Assembly (NCBI RefSeq): GCF_024223415.1
Contig: NZ_CP100500.1
Reading direction: 5' to 3' (one strand)
Length of the DNA stretch: 64,000 bases
Source of the DNA: Escherichia coli
GTDB taxonomy: Bacteria; Pseudomonadota; Gammaproteobacteria; Enterobacterales; Enterobacteriaceae
Of this stretch, positions 13,190 through 23,140 are shown one piece after another; positions within the stretch are counted from its first letter, which is position 1, and the number at the start of each line of letters is the position of its first letter. The notes under the pieces were generated by a model. It had not been told where the DNA came from. It was given only the letters and a program-made list of their open reading frames with translations, and did no database searches. A program made the translations under genes and the position numbers.

Positions 13190-13645
13190 TTATTCAACAC
13201 CTGAATCCCCCGCAGCTTCTCTCCCCTTTATAAAACGCCCCTTCCGGAATCCAGACCGCTGCAGTGCACGACGAAGATGACCGTATACCGTCTTGTCATT
13301 CTGCCCCGTCTCTTCTGTAATCTCCGCAATACTTAAACCTCTGTAATACCGGTTCAGTACCGCTCTGCGCTCTTCCAGCGTCAACACACCTCCGGCCGCT
13401 CTCAGATTCAGCATCGACTTATTCAGAATACAGCAGGCCTCTCCGGTAAAAAGAATACGAACAATATCTGTATACTCATCATCACAGAATACAAAATAAT
13501 ATCTGAATGACCTGCCTGACTGCACCCTTCTTCTGTCTGATATGGCATCTTCTATATATCTGATTCGACTGCTTACGGTTCCAAATATCTCTCGCAGGGC
13601 TTTTTCAAAATAAATATCTCTCGTCGCCAGGATTATATCCAGCAT
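13190..13645 (-). CDS. Small protein with sigma-70 region-4 / LuxR-type HTH (putative transcriptional regulator)
   Basis: 151 aa; C-terminal LTLEERRAVLNRYYRGLSIAEITEETGQNDKTVYGHLRRALQRS resembles ECF sigma region 4. Confidence 0.5.
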   Translation of the reverse strand: MLDIILATRDIYFEKALREIFGTVSSRIRYIEDAISDRRRVQSGRSFRYYFVFCDDEYTDIVRILFTGEACCILNKSMLNLRAAGGVLTLEERRAVLNRYYRGLSIAEITEETGQNDKTVYGHLRRALQRSGFRKGRFIKGREAAGDSGVE

Positions 13646-13705
13646 CTCTGTACCTCATTATATCCCGGGGGACTCCCCCGGGACAGATATCTAAATCCTG
13701 ACCTG

Positions 13706-14833
13706 TCAGAACTCAAAATTCACACCAGCATTCCACGATGCGGATGACCCACCTGCAGCAACTGCAACTTTTCCTGCCACATTCTCTGTGAAACGGTAGC
13801 CCACGCCCACCGCAATGGCCTGCTCATCACGGTAACCACCAACGGCTGCTGTCGCGTTAAATTTTCCAACACTGTATGGCTGGAAAAGACCGGCCAGTGC
13901 CGCGCTCTGGGCTGCACTCTCCCTTAACTCCTTCCGGTTCTCTTTAATCTGCTCCTGCATATTATTCATTCTCTCTGTCGCCATCTTCTGCCAGGCTTCC
14001 GTCAAATCCAGACGATGACTGTTATTCCTTATCGCTGCTGTATTTGAGGCTATTGCTGCATCCGTCTGCGCCCTGTTCTTCACAAGCACATCGCTGAGAT
14101 GTTCTGCCTGGCTTTTCACCTCGTTACGGACAGTACGCACACTGCTGTCTGTATATGTACGCGTCTCGTCCAGAACATCCGACTTCACCGCATCCGTGTA
14201 TTCCTGCGCAGAAGCCCTGGCAGCTGTAATATTACCGTTAAGTCTGTTTTCTGCCGATTCCACTCGACTCTTAGCATCAGCAACAGCATCACGGTAGACA
14301 GCTCCTATCTCACCGCGCAGGGCATCCCCCGACTCCCGTACAGCATCTGCAATGGCGTTGTCCATCTGTCCTTTTGTGGCCGCATCACTATCCTTAACAC
14401 CATCTGAAACATTTATAATCCGGCGGGTTTCCGGTGCACCATCAACTGAAAATCCATATCCTGAAGGACCGGCCCCTACAGAAAGTACATTGCTTTCTCC
14501 ATTCACCTGAGAGCCATACCCCAGAGCGACACTGTTGTCTGCATTAAAAACAGCTGTATTATTTCCCACAGCCATGGATTTATCCGCATCCCAAATTATT
14601 GCATCGGAACCAACAGCAAAGTTTTTTCCAGTAACACTACCATCACTGTTAAAATTTCCATTTCTGTCAACCACAGTTGCACTTTCAAGTGAATGAGTGC
14701 CATTATCAATCCAGATAATACCCGTCGATGACTCAGTAAGTGTTTTATGAGCCAAAGCCTGAGATGAGAGCAGCAGGGCCACACTCACTGCCAGCGCGCT
14801 TTTCTTTAAAAAAGCATCACGTCTTTTAAGCAT
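13706..14833 (-). CDS. Trimeric autotransporter adhesin with YadA-like C-terminal anchor (Eib-like immunoglobulin-binding protein family candidate)
   Basis: ATG at 14833 gives 375 aa with signal peptide MLKRRDAFLKKSALAVSVALLLSSQALA, coiled-coil stalk, and C-terminal anchor ending ..WNAGVNFEF. Confidence 0.7.
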   Translation of the reverse strand: MLKRRDAFLKKSALAVSVALLLSSQALAHKTLTESSTGIIWIDNGTHSLESATVVDRNGNFNSDGSVTGKNFAVGSDAIIWDADKSMAVGNNTAVFNADNSVALGYGSQVNGESNVLSVGAGPSGYGFSVDGAPETRRIINVSDGVKDSDAATKGQMDNAIADAVRESGDALRGEIGAVYRDAVADAKSRVESAENRLNGNITAARASAQEYTDAVKSDVLDETRTYTDSSVRTVRNEVKSQAEHLSDVLVKNRAQTDAAIASNTAAIRNNSHRLDLTEAWQKMATERMNNMQEQIKENRKELRESAAQSAALAGLFQPYSVGKFNATAAVGGYRDEQAIAVGVGYRFTENVAGKVAVAAGGSSASWNAGVNFEF

Positions 14834-15237
14834 TCTGTTATTCTCCTGTATTATTACTTCACCAGCCAGAACGGTAGTGCGGAGCAAAAATACAGTGATA
14901 AGAATCCTCTTTTATTAATTTAATAATATCAGGAATATTATTGTGTATAATATGCGCCCTCAATTTAAGCAGCAGAAAAGCAATGACGCGAAAATCATTA
15001 AAATACATAAAGATAAAACATCATAACTATAATTATAATAAGCGCGCTTATTTTAGCATCTGAACATTTAAAGTACTGCTATCACAAAACAATAAAAATC
15101 CTGGGTAATATCTCTGATGATTGAATGAGAAATTCACGATGTCTGGTGAGAATTCTGTTCAAAACGAGGAATGCAGACGTACACGTGGCACGCACCACGT
15201 GATCCGTAGAAAAGCCTCTTGTTACGAATTTCGTAAA

Positions 15238-15268
15238 CCGCACGTCTGTCTGGTCGTGCGGATTTTTT
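15238..15268 (+). terminator. Intrinsic-terminator-like hairpin on plus strand in Eib / tail-fibre intergenic region
   Basis: CCGCACG..CGTGCGG stem then ATTTTTTAT. Confidence 0.4.
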
Positions 15269-15454
15269 ATCCGTCAACTTCACATGAAACCCGCCAGAGC
15301 ACTGTTTCCGGATTCAGACATCAGGCATATTATCATCCACAATATCGTGAACAAGATCACCTTTTTGCAATTCCTTTATTGATCGAAAGCAGTTAATCAC
15401 TGAAATTAATTACCGGAGTGAAAGCATTACTGCATAATAAATATAGATCCTTGC

Positions 15455-15488
15455 CCCCCTCTGACAGAATTTTCAGAGGGGTTTTTTT
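15455..15488 (+). terminator. Strong intrinsic-terminator-like hairpin (plus strand) convergent on tail-fibre operon end
   Basis: CCCCTCTGA..TCAGAGGGG stem followed by T8. Confidence 0.5.
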
Positions 15489-15496
15489 TATCAGTT

Positions 15497-16072
15497 TCAC
15501 CATCCAACCCTGTACGCCAGAATGGTTTCACTGTCACTCAGTTCTGCTATTGCCTTTTTCATCTCCCTTTGCCTTATATGTATTTCAAGGCCTTTCCTGA
15601 ACATCGCTTTACCAGCAGCATCACTCAGGGATATCAGTTCATCTGCCGTCATCGGTACATCATTATTCTCTGCGTCCGTCCAGAAAAATCCTTCCGGCAA
15701 CACTCCGCCTCTGGCCGCTGATGCCGACATTCCAAGACGTGTCATGGCTTCCTTTCCATAATCCCATTTCCGTCCTCTGTGCTCAAAAACATACCCTGAC
15801 GCCTCCATCGCATCACGCCAGGCATTTATCTCCGCGTTTTTCATCCTGCGTGCTTCTTCCACAGCCATATCATCATTTGCCCGGTACTCACCTACCGGCC
15901 CTGCATCACCTCTTATGCAGGCTTCAAATATTTCACGACCGTAAGACTCAGGATCATCCGCACTTGCTGTAAATACACATTCTGTTTCCGCGTCTGAAAA
16001 CTTCACTATACAGTTTATGGTCGTATGACCCCTGTCAGCCCACACTGGTGACGTGATTTTATCGACCTTCAT
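15497..16072 (-). CDS. Hypothetical protein in tail-fibre assembly (tfa) position
   Basis: 191 aa ORF immediately downstream of side tail fibre gene; assignment by position only. Confidence 0.4.
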   Translation of the reverse strand: MKVDKITSPVWADRGHTTINCIVKFSDAETECVFTASADDPESYGREIFEACIRGDAGPVGEYRANDDMAVEEARRMKNAEINAWRDAMEASGYVFEHRGRKWDYGKEAMTRLGMSASAARGGVLPEGFFWTDAENNDVPMTADELISLSDAAGKAMFRKGLEIHIRQREMKKAIAELSDSETILAYRVGW

Positions 16073-16086
16073 TCATTTCTCCCCTG

Positions 16087-17892
16087 TCACCGTATTCTCT
16101 GAAACAGGCCCCAAATCGTCCCAATGATATTATTCACTGTCATGTTAGTTGTGCATAACATCCATGTACCAAGCATAGGATTGCCAAATAAAAAGCGGAT
16201 ATCTGTAAGTTTATCCGATGACGACGACACAATAACGGCCTGTCTGATACGATACCCGGGTATTTCACGGGTATTTGTTACCTCATGATTTCGTTCTATG
16301 ATCCCCAGAACATAAGACCCCACGGAATAAACACTTCCGACGCTCGCTGGCTGCCCCGGCTGTCCCTGTGGTCCTGCCGGGCCGCGTTCACCTGTATACC
16401 CTCTTGGCCCCTGAGGACCTGCCGGGCCGCGTTCACCTGTATCCCCCTTTAGTCCCTGTGGACCTGCCGGACCGCGTTCACCTGTATCGCCCTTTGGTCC
16501 CTGTGGACCACGCTCCCCCTGGGCTCCCAGCTCTTTCCATTCAGACCAGGGGCCATTACCGGTAAAATTACCAGTAACAGTTCTTACGAACTTTCGTGGT
16601 GGGTTCCAGGTTGTATATTCATGCTGGCAATATCCCCATGCACCAACTCTTACCTGAAGATAACCCGCTCTCTGAATCGGATAATTATTTTCTCGTGTAG
16701 CCCCACTGTCTGATGGCTGATAATAATCACCCTGATCGGTCACTCGTCCCAGTCGGTTCAGATCACCATTCAGCAGTTGTCCACGGGCTGACTCTCCTCT
16801 TGGTCCCTGAGGACCTGCCGGACCGCGTGCTCCTGTTTCACCTTTTGCTCCCTGTGGACCTGTCGGACCGCGTTCACCTGTTTCACCTTTTGGTCCCTGT
16901 GGTCCTGCCGGGCCGCGTTCACCTGTTTCACCCTTTGCTCCCTGTGGACCTTCCGGGCCACGTTCACCTGTATCCCCCTTTGGTCCCTGAGGACCTGCCG
17001 GGCCACGTTCACCTGTATCGCCCTTTGATCCCTGTGGACCTGCCGGGCCGCGTTCACCTGTATCCCCCTTTGGTCCCTGTGGACCTCCCGGATCTCCTTT
17101 ATCCCCCTTAGGGCCTTTTTCTCCTCGCTCACCCTTTTCTCCCTTCAGACCCTGAGGGCCTTCCGGACCACGTGCACCTGTTTCGCCCTTTGCTCCCTGT
17201 GGACCTGCCGGGCCGCGTTCACCTGTTTCGCCCTTTGCTCCCTGTGGACCTGCCGGGCCGCGTGCACCTGTTTCACCCTTTGGTCCCTGTGGACCTGCCG
17301 GGCCGCGTTCACCTGTATCGCCCTTTAGTCCCTGTGGACCTGCCGGACCGCGTTCACCTGTTTCACCTTTTGGTCCCTGTGGTCCTGCCGGGCCACGTGC
17401 TCCTGTTTCACCTTTTGGCCCCTGTGGCCCGGTAATGCCTCTTTCACCACGAGCGCCGGTATCCCCTTTCTCTCCTCGTGGTCCCCGGGCAGATGCTGCT
17501 CGTTTCCGGGCTTCCTCCGCCTCAGATGCCGCGGACTCTGCTCTGTGCAGTATGGACTGCACCACAGCCTCCAGCTCTGACAACGCCTTCGGATAATAAG
17601 GAGCATCTTCCAGCTCCATCAGAAATTTATTCAGTGTTCCCGGTGAAGAATCCTCCCTGACCACGATATCTCCCACATACGAAGGACGGTAACCTTCTGT
17701 ATTGAGTGTCACCCTGTATATTCCTGGCTCCACATCCATACTGTAACTCCCCGTCTCTTCCGGCATGCCATAAGCCACTGTCGTGGCGATGACTGTCTCG
17801 CTGGTTCTCTTCGCTTTCAGCTCAATAATGCATCCCGGTACCGGTTTTCCGGTTCCGTCCCTCAGCACGCCTGAAATTTTTACAGCCGCCAT
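16087..17892 (-). CDS. Side tail fibre protein (lambda Stf-like N-terminus) with collagen-like Gly-X-Y repeats
   Basis: 601 aa; N-terminus [18 protein letters not shown].. resembles lambda Stf; long [19 protein letters not shown] collagen triple-helix repeats. Confidence 0.85.
   Translation of the reverse strand: MAAVKISGVLRDGTGKPVPGCIIELKAKRTSETVIATTVAYGMPEETGSYSMDVEPGIYRVTLNTEGYRPSYVGDIVVREDSSPGTLNKFLMELEDAPYYPKALSELEAVVQSILHRAESAASEAEEARKRAASARGPRGEKGDTGARGERGITGPQGPKGETGARGPAGPQGPKGETGERGPAGPQGLKGDTGERGPAGPQGPKGETGARGPAGPQGAKGETGERGPAGPQGAKGETGARGPEGPQGLKGEKGERGEKGPKGDKGDPGGPQGPKGDTGERGPAGPQGSKGDTGERGPAGPQGPKGDTGERGPEGPQGAKGETGERGPAGPQGPKGETGERGPTGPQGAKGETGARGPAGPQGPRGESARGQLLNGDLNRLGRVTDQGDYYQPSDSGATRENNYPIQRAGYLQVRVGAWGYCQHEYTTWNPPRKFVRTVTGNFTGNGPWSEWKELGAQGERGPQGPKGDTGERGPAGPQGLKGDTGERGPAGPQGPRGYTGERGPAGPQGQPGQPASVGSVYSVGSYVLGIIERNHEVTNTREIPGYRIRQAVIVSSSSDKLTDIRFLFGNPMLGTWMLCTTNMTVNNIIGTIWGLFQRIR
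16320..17510. repeat. Tandem collagen-like coding repeats (27/45-bp periodic units) within the tail fibre gene
   Basis: Repeated GGTCCCTGTGGACCTGCCGGRCCGCGTTCACCTGT units on plus strand. Confidence 0.85.
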
Positions 17893-17964
17893 ACTCGCTC
17901 CATAAAAAATAATCCCGCAAAATTGCGGGCGTCGTCATTCATTTACAATCGGGTGTTTTTATGA

Positions 17965-18210
17965 TTACTTCACGCACGAAACTTTCGTAAACATATCTTC
18001 ACTCACCCACTGACCATAAAATCTCGGAGCTGATACTTTATACACAGTGCCGCTTTTCGTTTCTATTTTCCCTGTAAGATCTACCGTATAAGCTCGCTGT
18101 AAAACCCCGGGACTCAGCACACCGGTGCACCGGACTCTCTCCGTAACGGAACGGTACCCCGCGCAACCTGATACAAGAAACAGCAAAAAAGTGCAGACGA
18201 TTATTTTCAT
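17965..18210 (-). CDS. Small lipoprotein (signal peptide with LVSGC lipobox), possible Cor-like superinfection-exclusion protein
   Basis: 81 aa; MKIIVCTFLLFLVSGC lipoprotein signal; located between J-distal genes and side tail fibre. Confidence 0.55.
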   Translation of the reverse strand: MKIIVCTFLLFLVSGCAGYRSVTERVRCTGVLSPGVLQRAYTVDLTGKIETKSGTVYKVSAPRFYGQWVSEDMFTKVSCVK

Positions 18211-18231
18211 TACATGCCCTCAACATAACTA

Positions 18232-18894
18232 TCAGTACGCATCATAAATTTCTGCATTTATGTAATAACAGAGGTTATTAACAACACCTGAATTATCATT
18301 GGGCGCCGCTACGTTATCTTCAGCAAAAGTTGACTGACGCCATAACTGTGAGTTTCTGGCATTAAAACTGGCGGTATACCAGTAATAACTCTCCCCTTCC
18401 TGAACTGTCGTCCACTGGGTACACCCCGGCATTACGGCCACATCATGTCCCACACTGATCGGTACATCCTTTTCCCATATTCGCGTCATTTTTACTTCCA
18501 GTGGCAGCATTTCCGTGTTCCAGACCACCCTGCCATGACTGTCGCACAACTGTATTCCCCATTGCGGCCATACATTCACCATGTTGGCAAAAACATAAAC
18601 AACATATGTGCTGTCCTGTTCCATGCCCGGCTCCTGCCCTGTACCAGCGCTGAAAATGTCATACTGCCAGGTACCGTTAAGCTGAACCATTTCACCATGG
18701 AAGGACTGATTACCGCTTATCTGTTTAATAAAAATCACGCAACGATAATTCGTCGGCACCCCAGTGTCGATAAACTGCATCACCGCATCACGCGCACTCA
18801 GTGTGAAATGAAAACGGCGCACAAGGTTCAGTGGCGGCGCAACAGGTGATATCCATTCTCTCCCCCGCTCATCAGTTAATTTAAGTGCAAACAT
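18232..18894 (-). CDS. Hypothetical protein, translationally coupled downstream of J
   Basis: 220 aa ORF; start overlaps upstream ORF stop. Confidence 0.55.
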   Translation of the reverse strand: MFALKLTDERGREWISPVAPPLNLVRRFHFTLSARDAVMQFIDTGVPTNYRCVIFIKQISGNQSFHGEMVQLNGTWQYDIFSAGTGQEPGMEQDSTYVVYVFANMVNVWPQWGIQLCDSHGRVVWNTEMLPLEVKMTRIWEKDVPISVGHDVAVMPGCTQWTTVQEGESYYWYTASFNARNSQLWRQSTFAEDNVAAPNDNSGVVNNLCYYINAEIYDAY

Positions 18895-19154
18895 CAGATC
18901 CCCCTTATCATGACCAGCACGGGTCTTAACCAGCTTGTGTTGGCATAGTGCACTGTCCAGCCGGATACACTGGCACTGGTATGACTTCCCTGACCGTTAA
19001 TCAGAATGGCCGGTGAACAGACTTCCAGACGCCAGCCCTGCAAAGGAGTATAAGAACGCTGCCCCGTCCCTTCAGTGATCACATCCAGCACCCCTGTTGG
19101 GTTTATTTCATGTGTCACAAGGCGCCCTTTGCGCCATACCCGGACTCCGAACAT
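18894..19154 (-). CDS. Hypothetical protein immediately downstream of J
   Basis: 86 aa ORF; start overlaps J stop. Confidence 0.45.
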   Translation of the reverse strand: MFGVRVWRKGRLVTHEINPTGVLDVITEGTGQRSYTPLQGWRLEVCSPAILINGQGSHTSASVSGWTVHYANTSWLRPVLVMIRGI

Positions 19155-22100
19155 TACAGTCTCCCCAGTCGTACTCTTAACACATTGTTATCGTCATATA
19201 CGTCGATTCGCTCGCCATTGAAAAACAGGCGGCCTGCGCCGGGCCTTCCTGAGTTAATTTCAAGGCTGCCGTTTCTTGATAAACGCCACCCCGGACTACC
19301 GGAATGAAAATTATCTGACCGGATATCTCCCGTCACTCTGGCAAAATCCACGGTCAGTTTTTTCATGAAAACATCATTCATGAACAGCTGATCACCCTGA
19401 GCCACAAACAAAGGTGTTGTATTGCCATTTTCCGGGTTAATCATCGCAATACGATCTGCCTGCATCAGGATCTGACTCTGAATTCCGTCAGACGTATTTT
19501 CGATTCCGGCACCAATACCTGCAATATAGAGACGTCCATCCCGTGTCTGCTGCAGCTTCACAGCCCACATGCTGTTCAGGTTCCGGCGCGTGTCCTCCTG
19601 AACTTTCTGTATCTGCTCAATGCTGGCATTCCAGGATCCCAGTTTTTTATCCGTGCTCTGTGTGATCTGACTTCCCTTATCATCAACATACTGTCTGATC
19701 TGCGCTATCTGTCGGCTGTTCTCCTCCGTGCTCCTGCTTACTGTCTGCCGGATTTCGCTTCCCATCCTGTCAACTTTTCTGTCAACTTCCGCAATGGCCA
19801 TTGACTGTTCAGCGCTCTTTTTCGCCACAACAGTACTTATTTGCGCACTTTTATCATCAACATACTGCCTGACCTGCGCTATCTGTCGGCTGTTCTCCTC
19901 CGTGCTCCTGCTCACTGTCTGCCGGATTTCACTGCTCACGCTGTCAACTTTCCTGTCGACTTTCGCAATGGCCAGCGACTGTTCACCGCTCTTTTTCGCC
20001 ACCAGTTCCGTTATGCTGTTTTCAGACGCCGTGATTTTTTTCGTCACCTCTGCGATATCACGCTCCGCACGCTGCCTCACATCTTTCTCCAGCTGCGTCA
20101 TTTCGCGGTTAATCGCATTCTCCAGTTGCTCAACTTCAGTGCGCCGTGCAGAGGCATCAATGCGTTCATTGATCTCCCGTCCCAGATGCGTTTTATTTAT
20201 CGCCCCCCTGAAAAAATTAAGGTAACCGGCAGGATCATTACTCGCCCGACCGACTGCCTCCACGAATGCCGATTTACCGACAGTGTTAACACTGCGGATA
20301 TAAAAGTAATAATCATGGCCAGGTTTAATATTCTGGCCGGAGACAAGCCACTGACTTCCGGTACCAAGATAACGGGCTGTGGTTTCAACCTGCCTGATAT
20401 CGGTAATCCGCGTTTCCGAGAACCAGAACTCAAACTGTACCGTCGGATCGTAAACCGCAAGATGCGGCGTGGCGGTTATCTGAAAATAGCCCGGCGTCAG
20501 CTCAATCCGCGACGGCGCTGCCGGTGCGGCAATCCGGAACGATACCGACGCCGGGTCTCCCTGCTGCCCCCGGGCATTTACTGCCCGGACTGTCAGCCTG
20601 TAGTTCCCCGGCGCCAGCTGCCTGAAGCGGTATGTGGTTTCCGTCGTCCGGGCCGTGCTGACCAGCCGCTCACTGCCATCATCCGCGGCCACGGTCAGGC
20701 GAAGCAGGAAGCTCACGCCCTTCACCACCTTCGGCGTGTCCCAGCGCGCCAGCACCTGATATTCCCCGCTGTCTGCGGTGACTTCTGCGGTCAGGTGCTG
20801 CACCGCTGGCGGCGTGACACCATTCACCGTTCCGCTCTGGTCGCCGTCAAAGTGCGCCCCGTTATCCACGATGGCCTCTTTTTCCGGTACATGCTGCACG
20901 GCAGTGATGGCATACGTGCCGTCGTCGTTCTCACGGATACTCACGCAGCGGAACAGGCGCTGGCGCAGCGTCGGCAGCTTCAGCCCCCACACGCTGTACT
21001 CGGCAACGCCGTCAGGAACCCGGCTCACTTTTACCTTCACGCCGTCGGTGACGGACTGAACCTCCACGCTGACCGGATTGCCACTTCCGTCAACCAGACT
21101 TATCAGCGTGGTACCGGAGGATGGCAGCGTGATTTCACGGTCGAGCGTCAGCGTCCGGGTCTGGCTGTTCACCGCCAGCACACGACCACCGGTGCTGATA
21201 CCGGCATAGTCATCATCACAGATTTCAATGACATCGCCCGGTACATGGCGAAGCCCTTCAGCACCCACGCTGAAATCCACGGTCTGCGTCTCCAGCAGTT
21301 CTGTTTTAATCAGCCACAGCCCGGCGCGGTGTGCCTGCCCCCGGCTGGTACAGCCAAAGGCATCCATCTTCGTGACGTTACGACCGTAACGGGCAATGGC
21401 CTGCGTGTCCTCCACAAGCTCTGTCGCCGTCTCCTGGCCGTTATCCGGGTCACTCCAGTTCACCTCAACGGCATTATGGCGGTCCTTCAGGGCGCTGAAG
21501 CTGTAGCGGAACGGCGCGCCATCATCCGGCATCACCACATTACTGCGGTTATAGGTCCACACCTTATCCGACGGTCGGTCCTGCACGAACGTCAGCGTCT
21601 GCCCGTTCCATACCGGCATACAGCGCATCGCCGAGCAGAAATCACTGAGCACATCCCACGCCTTACGCTGCCTGGTCAGCCAGGCATTACAGGTGATGCG
21701 CGGCTCCGTGCCACCAGAGCCGTCCGGCACCGACTGGTCGCAGTACTGGCCGATGACATACAGCGCCCATTTGTCCACATCCGCTGCGCCAACACGTTTC
21801 CCCATGCCGTAGCGCGGGTGGGTCAGCATATCCCACAGACACCAGGCCGGGTTATCGCTGTATGCCGGTTTAAACGTTCCGTCCCAGATACCGCTGTATT
21901 GCCGCGTCTGCGGGTTATAGTTCGACGGCACCTGCAGAATGCGCCCGCGAAGATGATAATTACGGCTCACCTGCTGGCTGCCGAACTGCTCCGAATCCAC
22001 CTGCACACCGACCAGTGCCGTGTTCGGGTAGCACTGTTTCACATCGATGATTTCGGTGTATGACGACCAGAGCGTTTTGTTCTGCAGCTGGTCTGTGGTG

Positions 22101-22663
22101 CTGTCCGGCGTCATCCTGCGCATCCGGATACTGAACGGGCGCGGCGGCAGGTTACCCACCACCACCGGGGCCAGATACTGCGAGGTGGTTTTGCCCTTAA
22201 TGGTGATGTCTTTTTCCGTTAACCAGCGACCGTTACGCTGTATCTGAACCAGCAGGCGGACTTCCGACGGATTCCGGTCCCCCTTTGAGGTGGTTTCCAC
22301 CAGTGCCTGCACACCGAAGGTCAGGCGCAGACGGTCGATGTTTGCCGACGTGATGGTCCGGGTAATCGGCGTGTCGTACTTCACTTCCGTACCCAGCACC
22401 GTCTCGGAGCCGGAGGATTCAAATCCCTCCGGCGGCGTCTGCTCCTGCTCACCGGCCCGGAATACCACCGTGACGCCGGATATATTGGTATTCCCCTCAC
22501 TGTCCAGCACCGGCGTACCGTTCAGCAGCACGCTTTTTAATCCATCCACCGGTCCTTGTATCGGCCCTTCGCTGATGACATCGATCACACTCAGCAACTG
22601 CGTGGACTTCAGGTTGTCCTTCGCTTCGCGCGGGGTATGCCCCTTACTGCTGCCTTTACCCAT
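19154..22663 (-). CDS. Host specificity / central tail fibre protein J
   Basis: 1169 aa; lambda gpJ-like N-terminal and fibronectin-like regions; internal duplicated coiled-coil segment. Confidence 0.9.
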   Translation of the reverse strand: MGKGSSKGHTPREAKDNLKSTQLLSVIDVISEGPIQGPVDGLKSVLLNGTPVLDSEGNTNISGVTVVFRAGEQEQTPPEGFESSGSETVLGTEVKYDTPITRTITSANIDRLRLTFGVQALVETTSKGDRNPSEVRLLVQIQRNGRWLTEKDITIKGKTTSQYLAPVVVGNLPPRPFSIRMRRMTPDSTTDQLQNKTLWSSYTEIIDVKQCYPNTALVGVQVDSEQFGSQQVSRNYHLRGRILQVPSNYNPQTRQYSGIWDGTFKPAYSDNPAWCLWDMLTHPRYGMGKRVGAADVDKWALYVIGQYCDQSVPDGSGGTEPRITCNAWLTRQRKAWDVLSDFCSAMRCMPVWNGQTLTFVQDRPSDKVWTYNRSNVVMPDDGAPFRYSFSALKDRHNAVEVNWSDPDNGQETATELVEDTQAIARYGRNVTKMDAFGCTSRGQAHRAGLWLIKTELLETQTVDFSVGAEGLRHVPGDVIEICDDDYAGISTGGRVLAVNSQTRTLTLDREITLPSSGTTLISLVDGSGNPVSVEVQSVTDGVKVKVSRVPDGVAEYSVWGLKLPTLRQRLFRCVSIRENDDGTYAITAVQHVPEKEAIVDNGAHFDGDQSGTVNGVTPPAVQHLTAEVTADSGEYQVLARWDTPKVVKGVSFLLRLTVAADDGSERLVSTARTTETTYRFRQLAPGNYRLTVRAVNARGQQGDPASVSFRIAAPAAPSRIELTPGYFQITATPHLAVYDPTVQFEFWFSETRITDIRQVETTARYLGTGSQWLVSGQNIKPGHDYYFYIRSVNTVGKSAFVEAVGRASNDPAGYLNFFRGAINKTHLGREINERIDASARRTEVEQLENAINREMTQLEKDVRQRAERDIAEVTKKITASENSITELVAKKSGEQSLAIAKVDRKVDSVSSEIRQTVSRSTEENSRQIAQVRQYVDDKSAQISTVVAKKSAEQSMAIAEVDRKVDRMGSEIRQTVSRSTEENSRQIAQIRQYVDDKGSQITQSTDKKLGSWNASIEQIQKVQEDTRRNLNSMWAVKLQQTRDGRLYIAGIGAGIENTSDGIQSQILMQADRIAMINPENGNTTPLFVAQGDQLFMNDVFMKKLTVDFARVTGDIRSDNFHSGSPGWRLSRNGSLEINSGRPGAGRLFFNGERIDVYDDNNVLRVRLGRL
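19690..19995. repeat. About 150-bp tandem duplication inside J (encodes repeated ..AKKSxEQSxAIAxVDRKVD..[28 protein letters not shown].. segment)
   Basis: Two near-identical adjacent copies visible in DNA and protein. Confidence 0.8.
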
Positions 22664-22671
22664 TCCTCACA

Positions 22672-22704
22672 CTCCATAAACAACAAAGCCGCCCAAAAGG
22701 CGGC
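22672..22704 (-). terminator. Intrinsic terminator after the I-J intergenic lipoprotein gene, ending at the J ribosome-binding site
   Basis: GCCGCC-CAAAA-GGCGGC hairpin followed on minus strand by UUUGUUGUUUAU. Confidence 0.55.
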
Positions 22705-22729
22705 TCATGAGTTACGGCAGGATTAACTA

Positions 22730-23068
22730 TTATTTACATGCATTAACACTATCAGCAAAAATTTTTGGCGTTAATGCTGGTACGCGTTCATAAAGAGTAA
22801 AACTACTGCCATTTCCTGCTTTTTTGATATCAAGCACAACATCATACCCACCCATAGCCTGTGGAACTAAAAGGCTTACCCCATTCTCAATAGGAATGGA
22901 TGTTATAGGTGTTCCATTACCAGCCCATTGTCTGGATATGCAGCCTGACAATTCATCAATATTTTTTAATGAATTACCTTCCATTACAGGCTTGCCGGAT
23001 TTTACGTAATCCAAAGATTTACATCCTGTTAAGGCAATAATCGTGCAGAATAAAATCGTTTTGTTCAT
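22730..23068 (-). CDS. Lipoprotein (moron) inserted between tail genes I and J
   Basis: ATG at 23068 gives 112 aa starting MNKTILFCTIIALTGC (lipobox); AT-rich relative to flanking tail genes. Confidence 0.6.
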   Translation of the reverse strand: MNKTILFCTIIALTGCKSLDYVKSGKPVMEGNSLKNIDELSGCISRQWAGNGTPITSIPIENGVSLLVPQAMGGYDVVLDIKKAGNGSSFTLYERVPALTPKIFADSVNACK

Positions 23069-23140
23069 ATAGCTAACCAACAGAATAATTATCAGTGTTC
23101 GATATAAATATTAAATCAGTTAGAACATGAGTAAATAATA

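Noticed and set aside
15121-15396. 91-aa plus-strand ORF in the adhesin / tail-fibre intergenic region
   Set aside because: Spans a strong intrinsic terminator hairpin and has poor start context; the region is more likely non-coding or sRNA.
16368-17435. Several ORFs (65-132 aa) on both strands within the collagen repeat region, and the possibility of a CRISPR-like array
   Set aside because: The periodic repeats are in-frame coding repeats of the tail fibre with no unique spacers; the alternative-frame ORFs are repeat artefacts.
19841-22063. 740-aa plus-strand ORF
   Set aside because: Lies entirely antisense to J, which has clear lambda J homology; Arg/His-rich low-complexity translation typical of a shadow frame.
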